Assembly: GCA_964187785.1 (NCBI GenBank)
Contig: OZ076413.1
Span: 49,478,001 to 49,542,000 of the forward strand
DNA length: 64,000 nucleotides
Direction of reading: 5' to 3'
Origin: Amphiscolops sp. MND2022
Taxonomy: Eukaryota
Below are positions 14,078 to 29,000 of this stretch, one piece after another. Each line of letters opens with the position of its first letter. Position 1 is the stretch's first letter. Under the pieces are notes generated by a model. That model searched no databases. It was given only the letters and a program-made list of their open reading frames with translations, and was not told the origin of the DNA. Both the position numbers and the translations under genes were made by a program.

Positions 14078-17000
14078 TGAAAACGAACAATTCATGTTGC
14101 ACTGAGCGGTCGTATTTATCAACAACGAAATTCTAGCAAACTTAACATCAGCAATGACCGAAGTCACCTCTGAAAATTTGCAAACTGCGATCTCAAAAAT
14201 TGATCGATTCGAAATTATTTAAATTGGTTTTCCAAAAACTTACCAAAAAAGACTAAGAAATTATTCAACTTACTAACAGAGTGGACCATTTGGAGAGGAG
14301 GGTACTGGAGCAAGAGCGTTATTCATCGAAGGATTACCTTATTTTTTACAATGTTCCAATTCGCAAAAATGTAGGCCTGGAAGAAGTTATGTGTCAGTGT
14401 TTGTTTGATTATCTGAATATAAGCGCCTACCCTGAAGACTTCAAAGCTTGTGATCCCCTGGGGGAAACCAAAAGGTATTTATCCAGCGCCTATCATAATC
14501 AAATTTTTTGACTTCAATATGAAAAATGAAGTTTATTTTCGAAAAACTTTGCTGGCTGGCTCAACCAATTTTCCTCACCAAGGCCCATATTTTTTAAAAA
14601 GCGTTTGCCAAAATTTGATCGTGACAACATGACTGAAGCTCCGGAGCTTAGTTTGGTCACTACAACTCGTAATTCTGAAGTTCGCGTGTTTGTGAAAAAG
14701 CCAACTAATCTAGTACAGTCTATTGGAATCAAAAGTTCGCAAATGTTGAAAGACTTGGCTCCACGGGCGGTTCAACGAGAGAAGCAACATGCCAATAGGA
14801 CAAAACGAACTCTCAGCATTGGATCCGGAGTGGAAGATACACAAACACCGATAACGAAAAAATCAAACAATCAAAATAATCCAGATCCAGATGGTAAAAC
14901 GGTAGTTTAGAAGAGCGATAGTTCAAATTTTTTGGTAAACAACTTATTTCACTGGAAACTACTTGCTAGTAATTAAGTTGTTGGTATCAACTATCGCGTT
15001 CCTATCAAACAAACTCAATCTTTTTTTTCATCTTGTGAGAAATTTATGTTATGTATCAAGAATCAATTAACAGCAGCCTTTATTAACAAACATAACAATA
15101 TTTTTGGGGCCTAAATGTTCAATCATTGAGATGTCATCATAATGGTTTGCTCATTGAGCCAGAAGCTTCTCGAAGAAGCCTAGAATCATAGCCTTAACTG
15201 AAACATGGCTCACTAAAAACGACTCCATTAACGAACTATCTCTTCCAGGGTTTCATCCTCTTGAGTCGAAGCTCCGCACCTCAGGCCAAGAACGAGTGGG
15301 TGTGGCCTTTTTTGTTCATGAATCTGTTACGTACAAGCCCTTGATCTTTGAAACAAAAATAGAATGTCTTATTAAAGAGGTGGATTTCGGTAAAAACAAA
15401 ATACTGTACTTTTGCGTCTTATATAGACCTCAGAATCACAAGCTAAAAAACTTTGTGCCACAGTTTGAAGAATTTTTGACATTTTTGAGAGGCCTAAAAC
15501 ATGATACTGTTATATTTGGGGACTTCACTTTAGATACGCTTGTAGACTCTAAATCCAGAATGATTATGAAAAGTTACTGTATGCGTTTGATTTTAAACAG
15601 CAAAGTTTTTAGCCAACAAGGGTCACCGCTACATCATCCACTGGTTTGAATCATTTTATTACAAACTTCCAAACGCAAACACAGACAATCCCCACAACAT
15701 TTCGTTATCGTTTTAGTGTTCTATGTGAAATACCTCTATAAACAGATGGAATAAAATATTAACCCTCTTTTCGAAAAACAAGAGATCTTCGTGGTATTAA
15801 AGGCGAAATTGCACCGAAGCTTCTTTTTTGTTAGATCAACAACTTAAAGCGAACTACACCGGAGCAACAATCCAAACGGAGAAACTCGCACGATTGATAA
15901 TTGAATGTGTTGATCGCTTCGCTCCAGAAACGTTTATCATGTCACAAAACAATGAAATTGAATGCGTTGCCAACAAAGTTAAAAATGCTGTGATGAAACG
16001 CGACGAACTTTTCCACAAATGGGTATCTGATCGCAGTGATTTTGATAGGGAAACATATAAAAAGCAGCACAATTTAGTCACTTCAGTCATACGAATCAGA
16101 GAAGGGAAGCCTATTTCAACAAACTTGGAAAGAATTCATCTACAACAACGAGGAATTGAACAATTTTTTCACATCTATAGGTCTTGAACTCTCCCGACAA
16201 GTACCAGAACCATATTTTGATCTCCCATCTTTTGATGAAACGATGGTTTTGAACGATACTAGTCCCGAAGAAATTTCACTACTTTTTAAAAGGATGAAAA
16301 ATAAAAGATTTCTGAATCTGGCGGTATTAGCAAGGAAGTACTCAAATGCTGCTCGCCAGTGAGAGAAGAGCATCTCTCCGAAGCATTCAATGAATGCCTC
16401 AAGAGTGGAATTTTTTGAGAATGCCTTAAAATTGCAAAGGTTATCGCGCTCCACAAAAAAGGTGATTACAGTGATCCTGAAAACCACCGTCCGATTAGTC
16501 TACTAAGTTCACTGAGTAAGGTTTTCGAAAAAAGTAAGGTTGTACAACCGGATGATTAATTTTTTTGTTAAGAATGATCTTTTCACTCCAGTACACTTCG
16601 GTTATCGGTCTGACCATTCGCGTGTTCATGCAGTAAGTGAAATTACAGATTATATTCGTGATGCAATCGACAAAACCTTCACGGGTCAGACGTGTTTTAT
16701 CGATCTCAGAAAACCTTTTGATTCCTTGGACTACTGTCAATTGCTCAACAAATTGTACAATTATGGCTTCAGAGGACCTATATTTCATATCATGAGTGTT
16801 TCATGGCAAAATGTATTTCATAATGAAAGAATTACAGGTAACTTCATGTTATTACTGGTGAACCTCAGGGTTCCATCTTGGGCCTTTCCTTTTTCTAGTT
16901 TATATCAATGATTTGCCTGCTGTTTGTTCAACAAAAAGTAAAATCGCAATATTTGCAGACGATACTTTTCTGTTCCAATCCGGAAAACAAAGTTTGTTAA

Positions 17001-18066
17001 CAATTCAAAATGATATAAATGAAATGACAAATAGGTTTGCTTGCAACAAACTGTCCATCAATTCTTCAAAATGTGAAACTCTTTCGTTTGGTATCGGCAA
17101 ACCCTCAGCGTTGAAAATTGGTAACGGCAAACCTCCAGCATCCCTGATAAGCCTCACTGCAAACACTTGGGGTTCATTTGGACCCTCAGCTCAATTTACG
17201 CGAACATATCAGGTACGTAGCCAAAAAATTGAACAAATTCTGCGGACTGATGTACAGAGTCAGGTATGAGTACCCGAAGAAATGTCTTTCAACTTTTTGT
17301 ACCCGTACTTTCAATTCTTATGCTAAAACTATCATCAGTTTTGGTTTTCCTAATTTATGGGAGTGCCCACAAAAGTTGTTTGGAATACATTGACCAAGCT
17401 CAGCATCGTATTCTAAGAGCAATTTTGTATAAAAAAAGTTTGACAACCTGAGGGATGTTTACCAACAACCGAAAATTCTGGCACTTTACGAAACATTAAT
17501 TAATGAAATTTTTCGCAAAATCAATAATCAATTGCGATCAAAATCGCCATCAGATTTTCCAGATGAAATGAATAATCAGAATATGTATGAAACTCGACGT
17601 TCTGTGAAAAGATTACTACCCATATTTTACACTCGAACAGTCACGAAAAGTAAATCATTGAAAAACACTCTACACAAAGGCTACAATTGGTTGACTCGAA
17701 TGGATCTGCTTCCCTTTAACCTCACCCCTTTAACTGATTATCAAACAAAACGCTATCTCATAACTATATGTAACTTGTACATCAAAGACAGTAGGACTTG
17801 AAAAACTTGTTTTTCAAATGAATTTTGCTGAAACGTAACGTTTTTTCATCTCGCTACCCAAGCCGGTTTTTTCATAACTTTTTTTGCGAGGTGAAAACAT
17901 GAACGTGTTGACCAATTTTGAAATAGTATTTTAGGTTGCTGCATAATTGATTCCCAGGGCAGAGACGCGACGAGCTGTATAAGCTTTTTCTCTGTCCTTT
18001 TTGAATGTTATCAATGTATTTATAAATTTTTGATGTTTGCATCTGAATAAATAAACTTCCTTCCTT
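14078..18066 (+). mobile_element. Decayed near-full-length non-LTR retrotransposon (CR1/L2-like), ORF1 plus APE-RT ORF2 with many frameshifts and stops, inserted into a HINE-like repeat
   Basis: ORF1 LEQERYSSKDYLIFYNVP; APE motifs IALTETWL (15184), GVAFFV, LYRP, IFGDF; RT motifs RPISLLSSLSKVFEK, FIDLRKPFD, QGSILGP, FADDT; 3' AATAAA plus (TTCC)n tail; the flanks are two halves of the GGGGACC-repeat element. Confidence 0.9.
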
Positions 18067-19774
18067 ATTTTCTGTTGCAAAAAATGAAGGCCCTTTGGTG
18101 CAATCAAAAAATTTTCCGAAGTCTCATTGTGCAGAAAAAATTAAAGTGAAAAACAATATAGCTAAAGGAGGCTTTTGGACATCCGTAGTTCATGTTGAAC
18201 AAAAGAACAAAAAATTGGATCTTACTTGTCTAAAAAACTTCCCACTGTAAGAGTCGTGCGATTTTCTTGAAAAGCGCCGACCAATGACACCATAGTGAAA
18301 CAGTAATGCACATTTGTTTCCTCAAAAACTTATTTAACAAGAAGCCCAGTGGCACTTTGATATGTCTTGTACATTCAGCTAATGCGACTTTTGAGAAAAA
18401 ATTATGCACGTCCCAGTCTCATTTGTTTGTCAAAAAGATATTGTGAAGTTTTAAATTAAAAAATCCTTTAAAAGCTGTAGTTCTCCAATTTAGGATATCG
18501 AGTTCCAAAAATAGTACTTTTTGTCCTTGTTCTCACACGATCCAATTTATTTTGGTAACGTTAAAAATTCGAATAGGGCGCGTTTCCCGGAATTCCCGGA
18601 AAAACTTCCTATCATCATTACGGTGCATCGTACAAGGGTTTTTACTGAAGAAGAAGTAAGCTCATGTTCAGCACTTTAGCACCATTTTCAGCTTCTAAAA
18701 CACTTTTATTGGGCAATCAATTGGATCATGAAGAGACAATTGCTTAGGTTTTATTGGCATCGAATCAACGAATTAAATAAATTTGTTACGATTTGACTGG
18801 ATTACTCAAGAGCCTCCGATTACCGGTTGGCTTAAATTAATGAAGCTTTAAATCCAGCATCTTGTCATTTACTACGAACAAATGTTGCCCATTGATCAAC
18901 GAAGTCTCCCCGGCCTCCGAATGCCACTCTGAAATTCTCGTATATAGAGCTCGAAGTCCCCGAGCATAGAAAATCTCAATAAACATTTTCGATAAAAAGC
19001 TCTCAGAAACACGAAATCGTGTGAAGCAAAGGTTCCAGCAAAGGTGTGATTGCTTTGAACTATTAAATGTTCTATATGAATTGTTCTGGGGCTTTATTGA
19101 AGATGAATTTTGTAACGCATCCAAAAAGACATAGCAGACAACGAGTGAGCACTCTCGTGTTGGAAAAATCATGACACGATCTTTTGTTACAATTTTTCGA
19201 CCCATGGGCTGCAGCGATTTATCTACCGATGTCGCAAGGTTTAAATTCAAACAAAACTTTTGACGAAAAAATATTCAAATAGCTGAGTCAACTTGGAAAT
19301 GCATATTTCATCATTAGTTCAAAAGTCTCATTCAAAAATATTCGTATACATTTTAATGAACATTTCGACGCATACATTTACAGTAAAGTAGTGCGGTAGA
19401 TTTGCATATCATGAACTTTGTATAGAACTTTCCAACATTTTTTAATTACCGCATTTTGGCAGGATTTATAGTGAACTATTTACGTGATTAGGTTTGGTCC
19501 CTGAAATCAAGAAAAACAGTTCAGCGGCATATCAAGAAATGAAAACTCTGTTTTAGCAGGATAACAATTAAATCTTTCCAATGAATATGGCCGTTGTAGC
19601 AGCTAAAAGGCTGTTGGGAATTTGAATTCGGTTCATTTTTTTCACTTGTTTCGAGTGCTCACTGCCTCATTGCGCATTTTTCAGATTTCATCGATCAAAC
19701 CTGGTTACACGGAACCAGCAAAACGGATGTGATTCTCTACATGCGTTCGAATAATGGCAAAAAGAAACAACCCG

Positions 19775-20656
19775 GGACGCGAGTTGGCGCCCGGCTCAAG
19801 TTTCTTGAATATGCAAAGAACACTACTTTCAAATTTTTGCACATATTCAGTCAGTGGTAAAAAATACCCCAAAGGATACGCGGGATCCGCATCAAAGGAC
19901 ACGGTAACCACCTTTTCTCCAACTGGAAACAAAAAATTCATCTTTGAAAATTTTTTTTTGTCATTTTTTTTGGAAAAGTCTCTAGTGGCGAGAAAGGTTT
20001 GAACTCGTAAAACTACTTTTTCTCAAGCTGAAATTAGCTATGAGAGCGAAGGGGTACCCTTTGACCAATTGAAAGTTTCGTAAAAAAGACACACAGAGCC
20101 GAAAAAAAGCTGGAAAGAGGTATTTTCCACAATCATTAAGAAAACTCATCATTTCCACAGGATCAAAAAGTAACAAAGATGTCACCCTCAAGACTCGAGA
20201 AACGCGTTTCCTTTACAGAAAACCTCAAAAAATGAAAGAACCAAAAATTATGAGTAAAACATCATTTTTTTGTTTTCGATTCGGTAAGTGGCATGGTGGC
20301 GAACAAACAAAGTGGCCATCTGTGCTCTCAAAACGTGGTGTGTCTGCTGAAAATTGAAAAGCGGAATCAAGGTTTGGAAAAAGAATCTGGAAAAAAAGTC
20401 CCACAGTGCCGCAAAATGTTCAAAAACGGGAATCCTTTGGACTCCCCTACTTAGGGAAACATATATTTTTTGTTCAGAGCGAGACTCGAACGCACGTACC
20501 CCTGCTTTATAATCAACGTTAACCACTATGCCCAGTGGCAGTGAGAAGTATCTTTAAAAGTGGAAGAAAGTTTGATAGTTTAGGCGTTATTGAAAAAAAT
20601 ACTGACGAAAAGCAACGATTAAAGTGGCTCTTTTCTAGAGAAAAGCGCCAACATAA
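19775..20656 (+). mobile_element. Longer relative of the HINE-like repeat family
   Basis: AAACAACCCGGGACG..AGTTGGCGC head; 3' hairpin AGTGGCTCTTTTC-TAGA-GAAAAGCGCCAAC; internal tRNA-like fragment on - at about 20478-20534. Confidence 0.5.
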
Positions 20657-20849
20657 TGAGCTACCATTCAAAAATCATCCGATTTTTCACATCGACAGAG
20701 ATTCAGTTCGAGGAGATCGAAAACTTATGCAAATCAGAGTGGAGATATTATCGACAGAAGGGCAAAACTTTTTAGAGGTGCAAATAAGCTGAGCTAAACT
20801 AAACTAAAAATTGAACGAAAACTAAAAGTTCAATGATGACGTACATATA

Positions 20850-22222
20850 TAGGGTTTACTGTTCACTTTAATAAATTTCAACCATTTTTCATTACGCAAG
20901 TTGAAGTTTCACAATATCCTAATTCATTCTCATTCCGGTCGTGAAATGTTATTATCACATTTTAGTTTGTCATAAACGTAAAATTAATTTTCATTTTACA
21001 CTGATCAATATTAATAATACTTTTCGTTCAAAATGGAAAACTCAAAAAAGCGTCACTATTCAAATGAAATTAGAAGGATGGCTATACAAAATTATTTGCA
21101 TGGTAAGAAATGCATTGAAAGCAGCCGCATATTTGGAATGCCACAACAAGCGATTTCTTTTAATAAACAAGTGTACGTGGAAGAGAATAGAGTTGATCAA
21201 AAACCCCATGGAGCTCCGAGAGATTCCAAGATTGACAATGAAAGTCGTACTTTTTTCAAAAACCAAGTTCAGGAAAAAGCCAATATTACCCCGAAAACAT
21301 TAGGGCTGAAAGTTTTCGAACATTTTGAAGTGAGGTTCTCTGTCTCTTCAATTGATTCTTGGCTGTCAGATTTTCATTATACCTTCAAAAGAATTCATGT
21401 TGTTACTGATAGATCGGCGAGTGAAGAAATCCGAAATCATCGAAGAGAATACGCACAGCGCTTCCAGGACTTGACACTTGAGAAAAAACGGAAATTGCAT
21501 CTTTTATGTGGATGAAGTTGGTTTTAATGTTTGTATGCGATCAAAATATGGACGGGCACATAGAGGTGAAACGCCCACGATGACCGCATTTTGTATCAGA
21601 AACAAAAATTTAAGCATTTGTGCAATGATGAACAAAAATGGAGACATATCCACTGTTTAACAAAATAGGCCTTATGATACATTTTCTTTCAACGATTTTT
21701 ATCAATTTCATGATTGACCTAATGTTATACACAGAAGAAAAAAGCTACTGCAATTGCACTTTCGGTATGGTTAACGTTTCTTTCCACAAATCGCAGGATG
21801 TCAGAATTACTGTTGGAACTTGTGGTCATGAGATCATTCTTTAGCCACCCTAATCGCCACAATTTAACCCAATTGAAAATATGTTCTCTAAAGTGAAAAA
21901 TACTGTCCGCCAGGTTGAAGCAAGAAATGCTGAACAACGTGAATAACTAATCGAAGACGCTTTCAGAGGTGTTACAAGAAACGACTGCTGTGGCTACTTT
22001 CGTAATATGTTACGCGAATTTCGTTCTCTGGAGAAATAAATATTTTTTTTACATTTTGCAAAACTTTCTTATCATCTTTTAAATTTTGTGGATATGTATT
22101 AAAATGAATACATATTTATCAAATGTTCTCAATAAATTAAGCAAAACTCACTTCCGTTGAAAAATTATACTTGAAAATTAATAAATTAAGAATAAATAAT
22201 CAATAATTAAATTTAAACCCTG
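20850..22222 (+). mobile_element. Decayed Tc1/IS630-type DD34E DNA transposon (transposase pseudogene 21033 to about 22040)
   Basis: HTH N-terminus; YVDEVGFN...YGRAHRGE; M(D>V)NVSFHK...PP*SPQFNPIE with 34 residues between D and E; degenerate TIRs (T/C)AGGGTTTA...ttaatttcaa...ttttca flanked by TA. Confidence 0.85.
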
Positions 22223-22710
22223 TAAAATCACCAGTTGAAAAACGTGAAAAGTGCAAAAACGAAAAAATTTTGTTTTGGATTTTATTTCGCCTCAAGCCCA
22301 AAGTGTATGCACCGAATCATTTAGCATTGTTGATAGTGACAAAAACACCACCAAAAATATTTCTATGGAGCGCTTCCTCTGAAATTTTTAGTAACGTAAT
22401 GTTTTTGTACTCCACTGAAAATCAATAATGTTAGGCTTAGATACAGACAACCGGAATGAGATACGGTTTAAAACTTTGCAGAAAATATAATTTGGAAAAA
22501 ATTCGATTAGTAGTAGGTGATTGTTTTCATTTAAACCCCCAATTATCATTCTCCAATTGATTCGTCCCATCAAATCATAAGCGGACGACATATTGTCACT
22601 CGTTTCACTGCTTTCCTCGCATAATACTTTCGTCGCATAAAACTTTCCTGGCACCGGGAATCATATCTAAAAGGCATAAATACTAGGTTACTCTAATTTC
22701 ATTTGCTTGT

Positions 22711-24913
22711 TGTTACGACTATTTACCGGTGTTGTTTTAGAGTTAGTCGCAGTGTGAATTTTGACGGGGGTAGACGTCCTTGCTACGGAGACATTCTCTG
22801 GTTCAGAGTCCGAGTCTTGAGCATTCATGTAGACAGTCTGTTTTTTGTTTAAAGGCGCTATCAGTTTTAACATTTCCTTCTGGTTTTCCGCTAGTTTGGT
22901 GAGATCAGACATAATCTCTTTTCTTAATGATGTTTTTATCTCAGCCAAGTTTTCTGGTTCTATCCTAGGGATCTTGCTAGAACTAGCTACAAGAGTTTCA
23001 GGCGGAAAGTTTTCGGTTATGGAGGTTTCAAAATCACCGGAGACTAGTTCTGCTACAGCCTTCCTTTTCTGACTTCTATTTGTCATTTTGCTTCAGAGGG
23101 AGAGAGAGAGAGTATCTTTGGAAAGGTTAAATTCTTCAAAGATTCGTTTTCGTTATAATAACGGAACTGAACTGATTGTTATAAGTCAAGTTGGGAAAAC
23201 TAACTGATTTACATGTATGTATTACATATTTATACCTTCCCAGCATCATTTGTTCCTCACCTAAAAATTCCTAGGTATCACAAAAATCGGGTTTGTTCAA
23301 CAAAAAGCGCTAATGATTCATATTATTTCAGTCCCGCGTCATAAAGTCAGGCATCAAAATTCCTAGTTACGTCAGCATTCCGTAAAATTTGTTGAAGTCA
23401 TTTTTGTTCAGGCGGTTCATTTCCTGTTTGTGCTTCAAAATTGCGGTGAAATAGAAGTCTAGTTTTCATTTTCATCGACGCAAGCACGCCGGCGTGATCA
23501 ATTAGTCAGATTCCTAACTTAGAAATTGAAATTCGAAGTAAAAGAATGACACTCAAAAAATATCAACGGAACTGTGATGGAATGTGAATATTTTATGGCC
23601 AAAGATACTCGAAAACCAAAATGAGGAACAAAGTGATGCTGAGAAGTCTTTAGGAAACGAAAAGCTTGTGTAAATGCAAATTGTTACGAACTTTACATGT
23701 ATTGGGAACTCAAAACAGAACATTTGATTTTAGCATCAAGTAAATGTCACGGAAACAGTCCGTTTATCAAGACTTGTTTAGCGACTAACACACTGAGTAT
23801 TCAGGCTTACTGGTTTAAGAAAGCGTATAAAAATACATCATAGCACTCAGAAACAGATTGAACAAAGGTAGAAAAAGACTAGGAGAGGTTATTGGGATGA
23901 TTATCACTGCATCATATCAAAATTGGTACAAATTTCAAAACAACACGAACATTACGTTCATTTCATAATCCTATTTTACAGTACAACTATTCTTTACGTA
24001 AACTTAATCTTAGGATTCCCTAAGGTGTATGAATTCAGAAAAGTTCTTCCAAAAGATTCATTCATTACGAAGTTTCCTAGTTGCAATTTCTTAAGTTGCT
24101 CCGTAAATGCTCCGTACGTGTTGTGGTTGCTTATGGTAGGGCGGTGGAATACAATTTTACAATCCGTTCCGTAAGTGCTCCGTACGTATTAAGATTGCTT
24201 ATAGCTGAGCAGCAGTAGCAAGCGGATTGGAAACGGAGAGCGTAGGTGAATTCATTCTCTTCTCTTAACTAGCAAGAGTTGCTAGGGGCAACCAAGCTTA
24301 ATTTTATTGGTACCGGCTCGGATAATTCTGCCAACAAGCGACGCTATTGGTCCGTAAATATAGTAACGCCCGTCACCAGCTTAGTTGAGTGACGCTGTCA
24401 TAACGTTGTAAACATTTACTTAAGATCACTTGACTGCGGTATTAAGTAGATATTTAGCAACTACTTTAATATTGGAATACATTTCCACTCTATTTTTGTA
24501 TGTTTTTCCGTTTTAGATCTCATGGGCTCCGTTGGGATCTCGGAGTTAAATGTTGTTTCTGTGTTTTCATTTTAGTGTGGGGCGCCAAAATGATCCCGTT
24601 TGCAAAACTATTTAGTATTTAGATTGGAATGGAAAACCCAGAAGATAAAACCGGAAATAAAACGGCGTTGCGTGTGAAAACATTAGGCCGGAAGTTTTAG
24701 CTAGTTTAAAATCATTTCTGAAAATCTTCCGTAACGTTTACGTTGAATTCCGTATTTAGAGAATTATTCGCGCTTATTTAATTGTACTGTAAGTAGAATT
24801 TTGATTTGATTAGTTTAATAAAGTTTAAAAGTATTTACTGTGCCCTTGTCCTCTGTCGAATCCCGGTATTCCATAGCAGCAAGTAAAATTACGACCGGGA
24901 GCGGGTCGTGACA
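22711..24913 (-). mobile_element. Solo LTR (2203 bp) of a Gypsy-like family, containing the gag 5' end
   Basis: Termini TGTCACGAC...GTCGTAACA; 5-bp TSD CTTGT at 22706-22710 and 24914-24918; TATAAATA at 23234-23227 upstream of an ORF (ATG 23086) that runs off the LTR end. Confidence 0.88.
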
Positions 24914-25499
24914 CTTGTATCTTTGACCATCCAGACCAGCCGAGACTGATAAAGAACACAAATAATTCTTTTTGGTGTTTCGACTGATTTGTTTCTTAGA
25001 CGCACTCCATCGAAAAGACTATAGAGAAATACAGTTTGAAACTTGAAAAATATTGCAGATATTTTACACAAATTGGCGAATTGAAAAATGCGCAGTCCCT
25101 TTATATGGAATGGATTGATGTTTGTTGAAAGATGCAAAGTATTTAAAATATGCTCGAGGGCAACTCTTGAGAAAACGTTTGTCTCACTGTACCAAAAAAC
25201 AACCAAAAACACCCTTGAGACTCTCAAAACCTTTTTCCCTAACTGAAACTATCAGCAAAACCTAAACTCGAAAAAAAGCACATTGTTGAAAAAAATGTTG
25301 AAAAAAGTGGGCCCTTTACTCTAAAAATGAATTACCGTAAATGAACACATTTTTAAAATGAAAAGGGGACCTTTGGTGGATAAGTTGCACAGTGCCAAAA
25401 ACTCTATTAGGATCATGTCTATCTTTGCAGCCTTTGAAAAAATTGTAGACCAACGCGTGATTTGAACACAGGAAGTCCTTCTCAGCTTCACTCGCTTAT

Positions 25500-25752
25500 T
25501 TCTGGGCCACAAAAACGAAATTATTATTTTCCGCCCACGTATAATGGGGGAGGAAAATCATAATCTGTGTTGCGTTTTTTTTCACAAAATTTGCCAAATC
25601 TCCACTTTATTACTCCATTTAGTCAATTCTAGTCTTCACGGCTTAGTTGGTAGTGCGTTCGCCTGGCAGACACGAGGTCATGTGTTCAAACCCAAGCCGA
25701 TGCGTTACATTTCTAGCGGAAAATATCCCGGTGCTTAGCGGGCGTCTTGTTA
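25500..25752 (+). repeat. Interspersed repeat with a tRNA-derived segment; second copy inverted at 52372-52565
   Basis: Shared attttccgccca...ggggaggaaaatcat.atctgtgttgcg and gcggaaaatatccc..cttagcgggcgtcttgtt; A-box (GGCTTAGTTGG) and B-box (GTTCAAACC) like motifs at 25640-25692. Confidence 0.7.
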
Positions 25753-26099
25753 ATAGAATTGAACGTTTCGAGGCTATCTAAAGAAAAAAGTTGAAAAAAG
25801 AAAACTTCATTGTGAGAGTCTGCTCTTTATTGTAGAATGCGCGGAATAACAGGGCTACAAACAATTCAATAAATGGAACCTTATGTTTTCATATCTGAAA
25901 ACGCATAAAGCATGCTTGTAATTGTTTTATTAACGTAATCATGTGGACTCGCGTCGACCATGTACATAGAATTGAATGCAAGCCTATTGAAGTTGGATTA
26001 TGGTATCCATGATCCATCAGCGTGCATAAAACTGTTTTGAGAGATGATGAAAACAAATGGGATACCCACTACAGGATCGCCTCTCCTAAACAGGATACA

Positions 26100-29000
26100 A
26101 AACATTGATGCTGAGCTGAACAGTTTAATGCTTCCGCTGTCGCTTTTGTAAACAAGTGTAAACAACAAAGTTGTCGAGTTGTAGATTACATCAAAAACGC
26201 AATATGCTTTGACGCAAAATTGAACCTAAACCTCGACGAAACTTTTTCAGAATCTTACCAGCAAGGACGAAATTTATGAAACTTTATGAAAAAGGAAAAA
26301 AGATCGCATTGGAGGCCGTGAGTTCTGGCTGAAAGATTCCCTCAACTGTGGTAACAAGAAACCTGTTTATATCCACAAGCGAATGATGGAAGAAGACAAG
26401 GATTTGATAAAGTTATAAATTTTGCACATGGAACTGGACTCAAAACAACTTCACAAAACGGTGTTCCTGTAGTTTTGATGAAAACCTTGTCAAGAGTCAA
26501 AACACATAAACTGATTGACGCTCAAGATGCGGGCAAAAATCATGAGGGTGATAAAGCGAGCATTCTATCTCCCTCAACAACCCGGGTACTTCAAACAACC
26601 AATCCCCGTAATGAAAGACCACTTCAAAGTGATTTGATTCACCTAAAATGCTATTGGCAACTCAAATTGCAGATAAATTGAAAGAACTCAAGACATCTTC
26701 GGATAAAAAAAACTTTGGAAGATTTCATCAACAAGCTCTGATGCCATTCGCTTCAAACTAACGCCAGCCGGAAACTGATACTGAACTCCGTCCGCCTAAA
26801 TCATAAAGTAGCGACGAGGAAAGACTTCCACTAACTTACCTTTCAATTTTAGTTTTATCGAAGAATCATAAGATGTCCACTTTCGAGCATCGACTTGAAG
26901 CGTTTTTACTAGAACTAATTATACAATCACTAAGCTGACACTGTGACCAATTATCTGCTGAAATTGAAGGTAATAAAAAGAAACCAAAATATATTGCCCT
27001 CACAGAAACTTGGTTAACACAAGCTGACCTAGAACAAGAGATTGAAACCTAAGAAAAGCTAGTTAGAAAAGACTCCCGCCTGCTGAACTATCATTCCGAA
27101 GTGTCAAAACAAAGGATCTCCGACAAAAAAGATGCGGGATTGCCGCTTACAATCGAATGACTTTGTTAAATCCCTCGAATGCCTGAATATTGAAGAAAAA
27201 CTCAGTGAAAAAGCTATTCGGAATTTCCGTTTGATCTATAAACCCCAATCTACAGATTCCAACATTAGTTCTCATCGGTTGGTGGCACACTCGCTTCAAG
27301 TGTGCCTGATCTGTTTGAAAACATTGAGAGCTGTAAATTTCGGAAATCGATAGTTTTGACATTAACAAAAGAAAATGAAGTTGGTCAAACTCTTGAAAAA
27401 CTGAAAAACAAAAAAGTATTTGTCATGATGGCCACCGTATCAAAATATTAAAATGTTGCTCACCAATTATTGAAAATACCTAACAAAATTAATAAATACT
27501 GCAATTGGTGAACGCAAACTTCCGAGTGTACCCAAAGTTACAAAAAGTAAAAGCTCTGTATAAGAAAGGTGACAAAAACAATCCGGATTATTATCGACCG
27601 ATCAGCCTATTGTACGTAATTGATAAAGTTCAAAAGAAATTTTTGTATAGACGCAAGTACAAATGTTTAGATGAAAATAATCTTTACGTTGCAGGACTAA
27701 AAGTCTTCAGATCAAAGTATTCGTGCATTCACACAATTTGCAAAGTAACTGACATTACGAGGCAAGAGATTTACAAAAAAATATCTGCTCAAGCTTGTTT
27801 CATTGACCTGAGGAAAGCGTTTGATTTGCTTGATCGCGGCATACTTCTCAAAAATGCACTCCCATGCCCTTACAGGACTCATTCGTCAACTAATCAGTGT
27901 TTATTCGAAAGGCAGATGGCAGTTTATTAGTTAGAACGGTGTCAAAGCTGATAAAAAACGTATGACAACTGGTGTACCACAGGGTTCGATATTAAAGCCT
28001 CTCCTTTTTTCAATTTACATCAATGACTTCCCGCATTATATGACTGAAAGCATTACTGAATTAGCCATTTTTGCTGACGACACCTCGATCGTCTGAACGG
28101 CGAGAATCAATCAAACTAAAATGCAAGACATGGTACTGAAAATGACCAGTTGATTCTGCTTCAATAATCCACCAATAAACACTTTTAAATGCGAACTGAT
28201 GAATTCCGGGACCGGAAGTCCGGATCAAGTGACATTGTTGAACGATAAAGTGTCACCAAAAAAAACTTTGCAAGTTTTTATGTGTTTTTATCTGGATAAT
28301 AAATTAACCTTCAGACAACATGTCACCTATGTTTCTAAATACTGAACAAATTTTGTGGTCTGATGTATAGAGTTCAGAATTTTACGGAAGGAAACTTCTC
28401 TTGCTTCCCTACAACTCATATGCCAAATCAGCTATCCGCTATGGAAATTTTGTTTATGGTAGAGCTGGAAAACTAACTTAGAGCCTATTGTATATTGCTA
28501 AAAGCAAAATATTCGAAAAATTTTTGTCAATTTGTATCACAAGAGTGTCTCTGATATTTTCTCTGCATTGGAACTAGAAACTGTCTTCTAAATATGTATC
28601 TCTGAGCTGATTAAAGATGCTCAAATGCACCTGTAACGTACCTGAAAAGATCAAAAACTATTGCACGTATGAAACTCGGAGGGAAACAATCAGCTTGATC
28701 CCTACTATGTTTAGTCTAACCGTTACTAAAGCTGAATACCTGGGGGCGTAATTGTTCTAATTTGTGATTGGAATTTGACGTCATTCCAGACATCAAGATT
28801 TTTCATCATATCAGGTTCGAGCACATGTGACAATTATTTCGATGTTATATGTGATTGACAGCAACGAAAATTTCTTCTATAACAAGGGTGTTTTGAACTT
28901 TTAAGCCTACTTTCTTCATCTCGATTACTAATTTTCTTTTGATTACTCAGTTCAACAATTGGTCTCGACTCTTTGTCGTTTGTTAAAGTGGATAAAAGTT

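Noticed and set aside
18300..19600. Possible transposase remnant (ORF 18837-19250)
   Set aside because: No diagnostic motif or termini that I could recognise.
25638..25703. tRNA gene
   Set aside because: A- and B-box-like motifs are present, but the stems are broken and it sits inside an interspersed repeat; treated as tRNA-derived.
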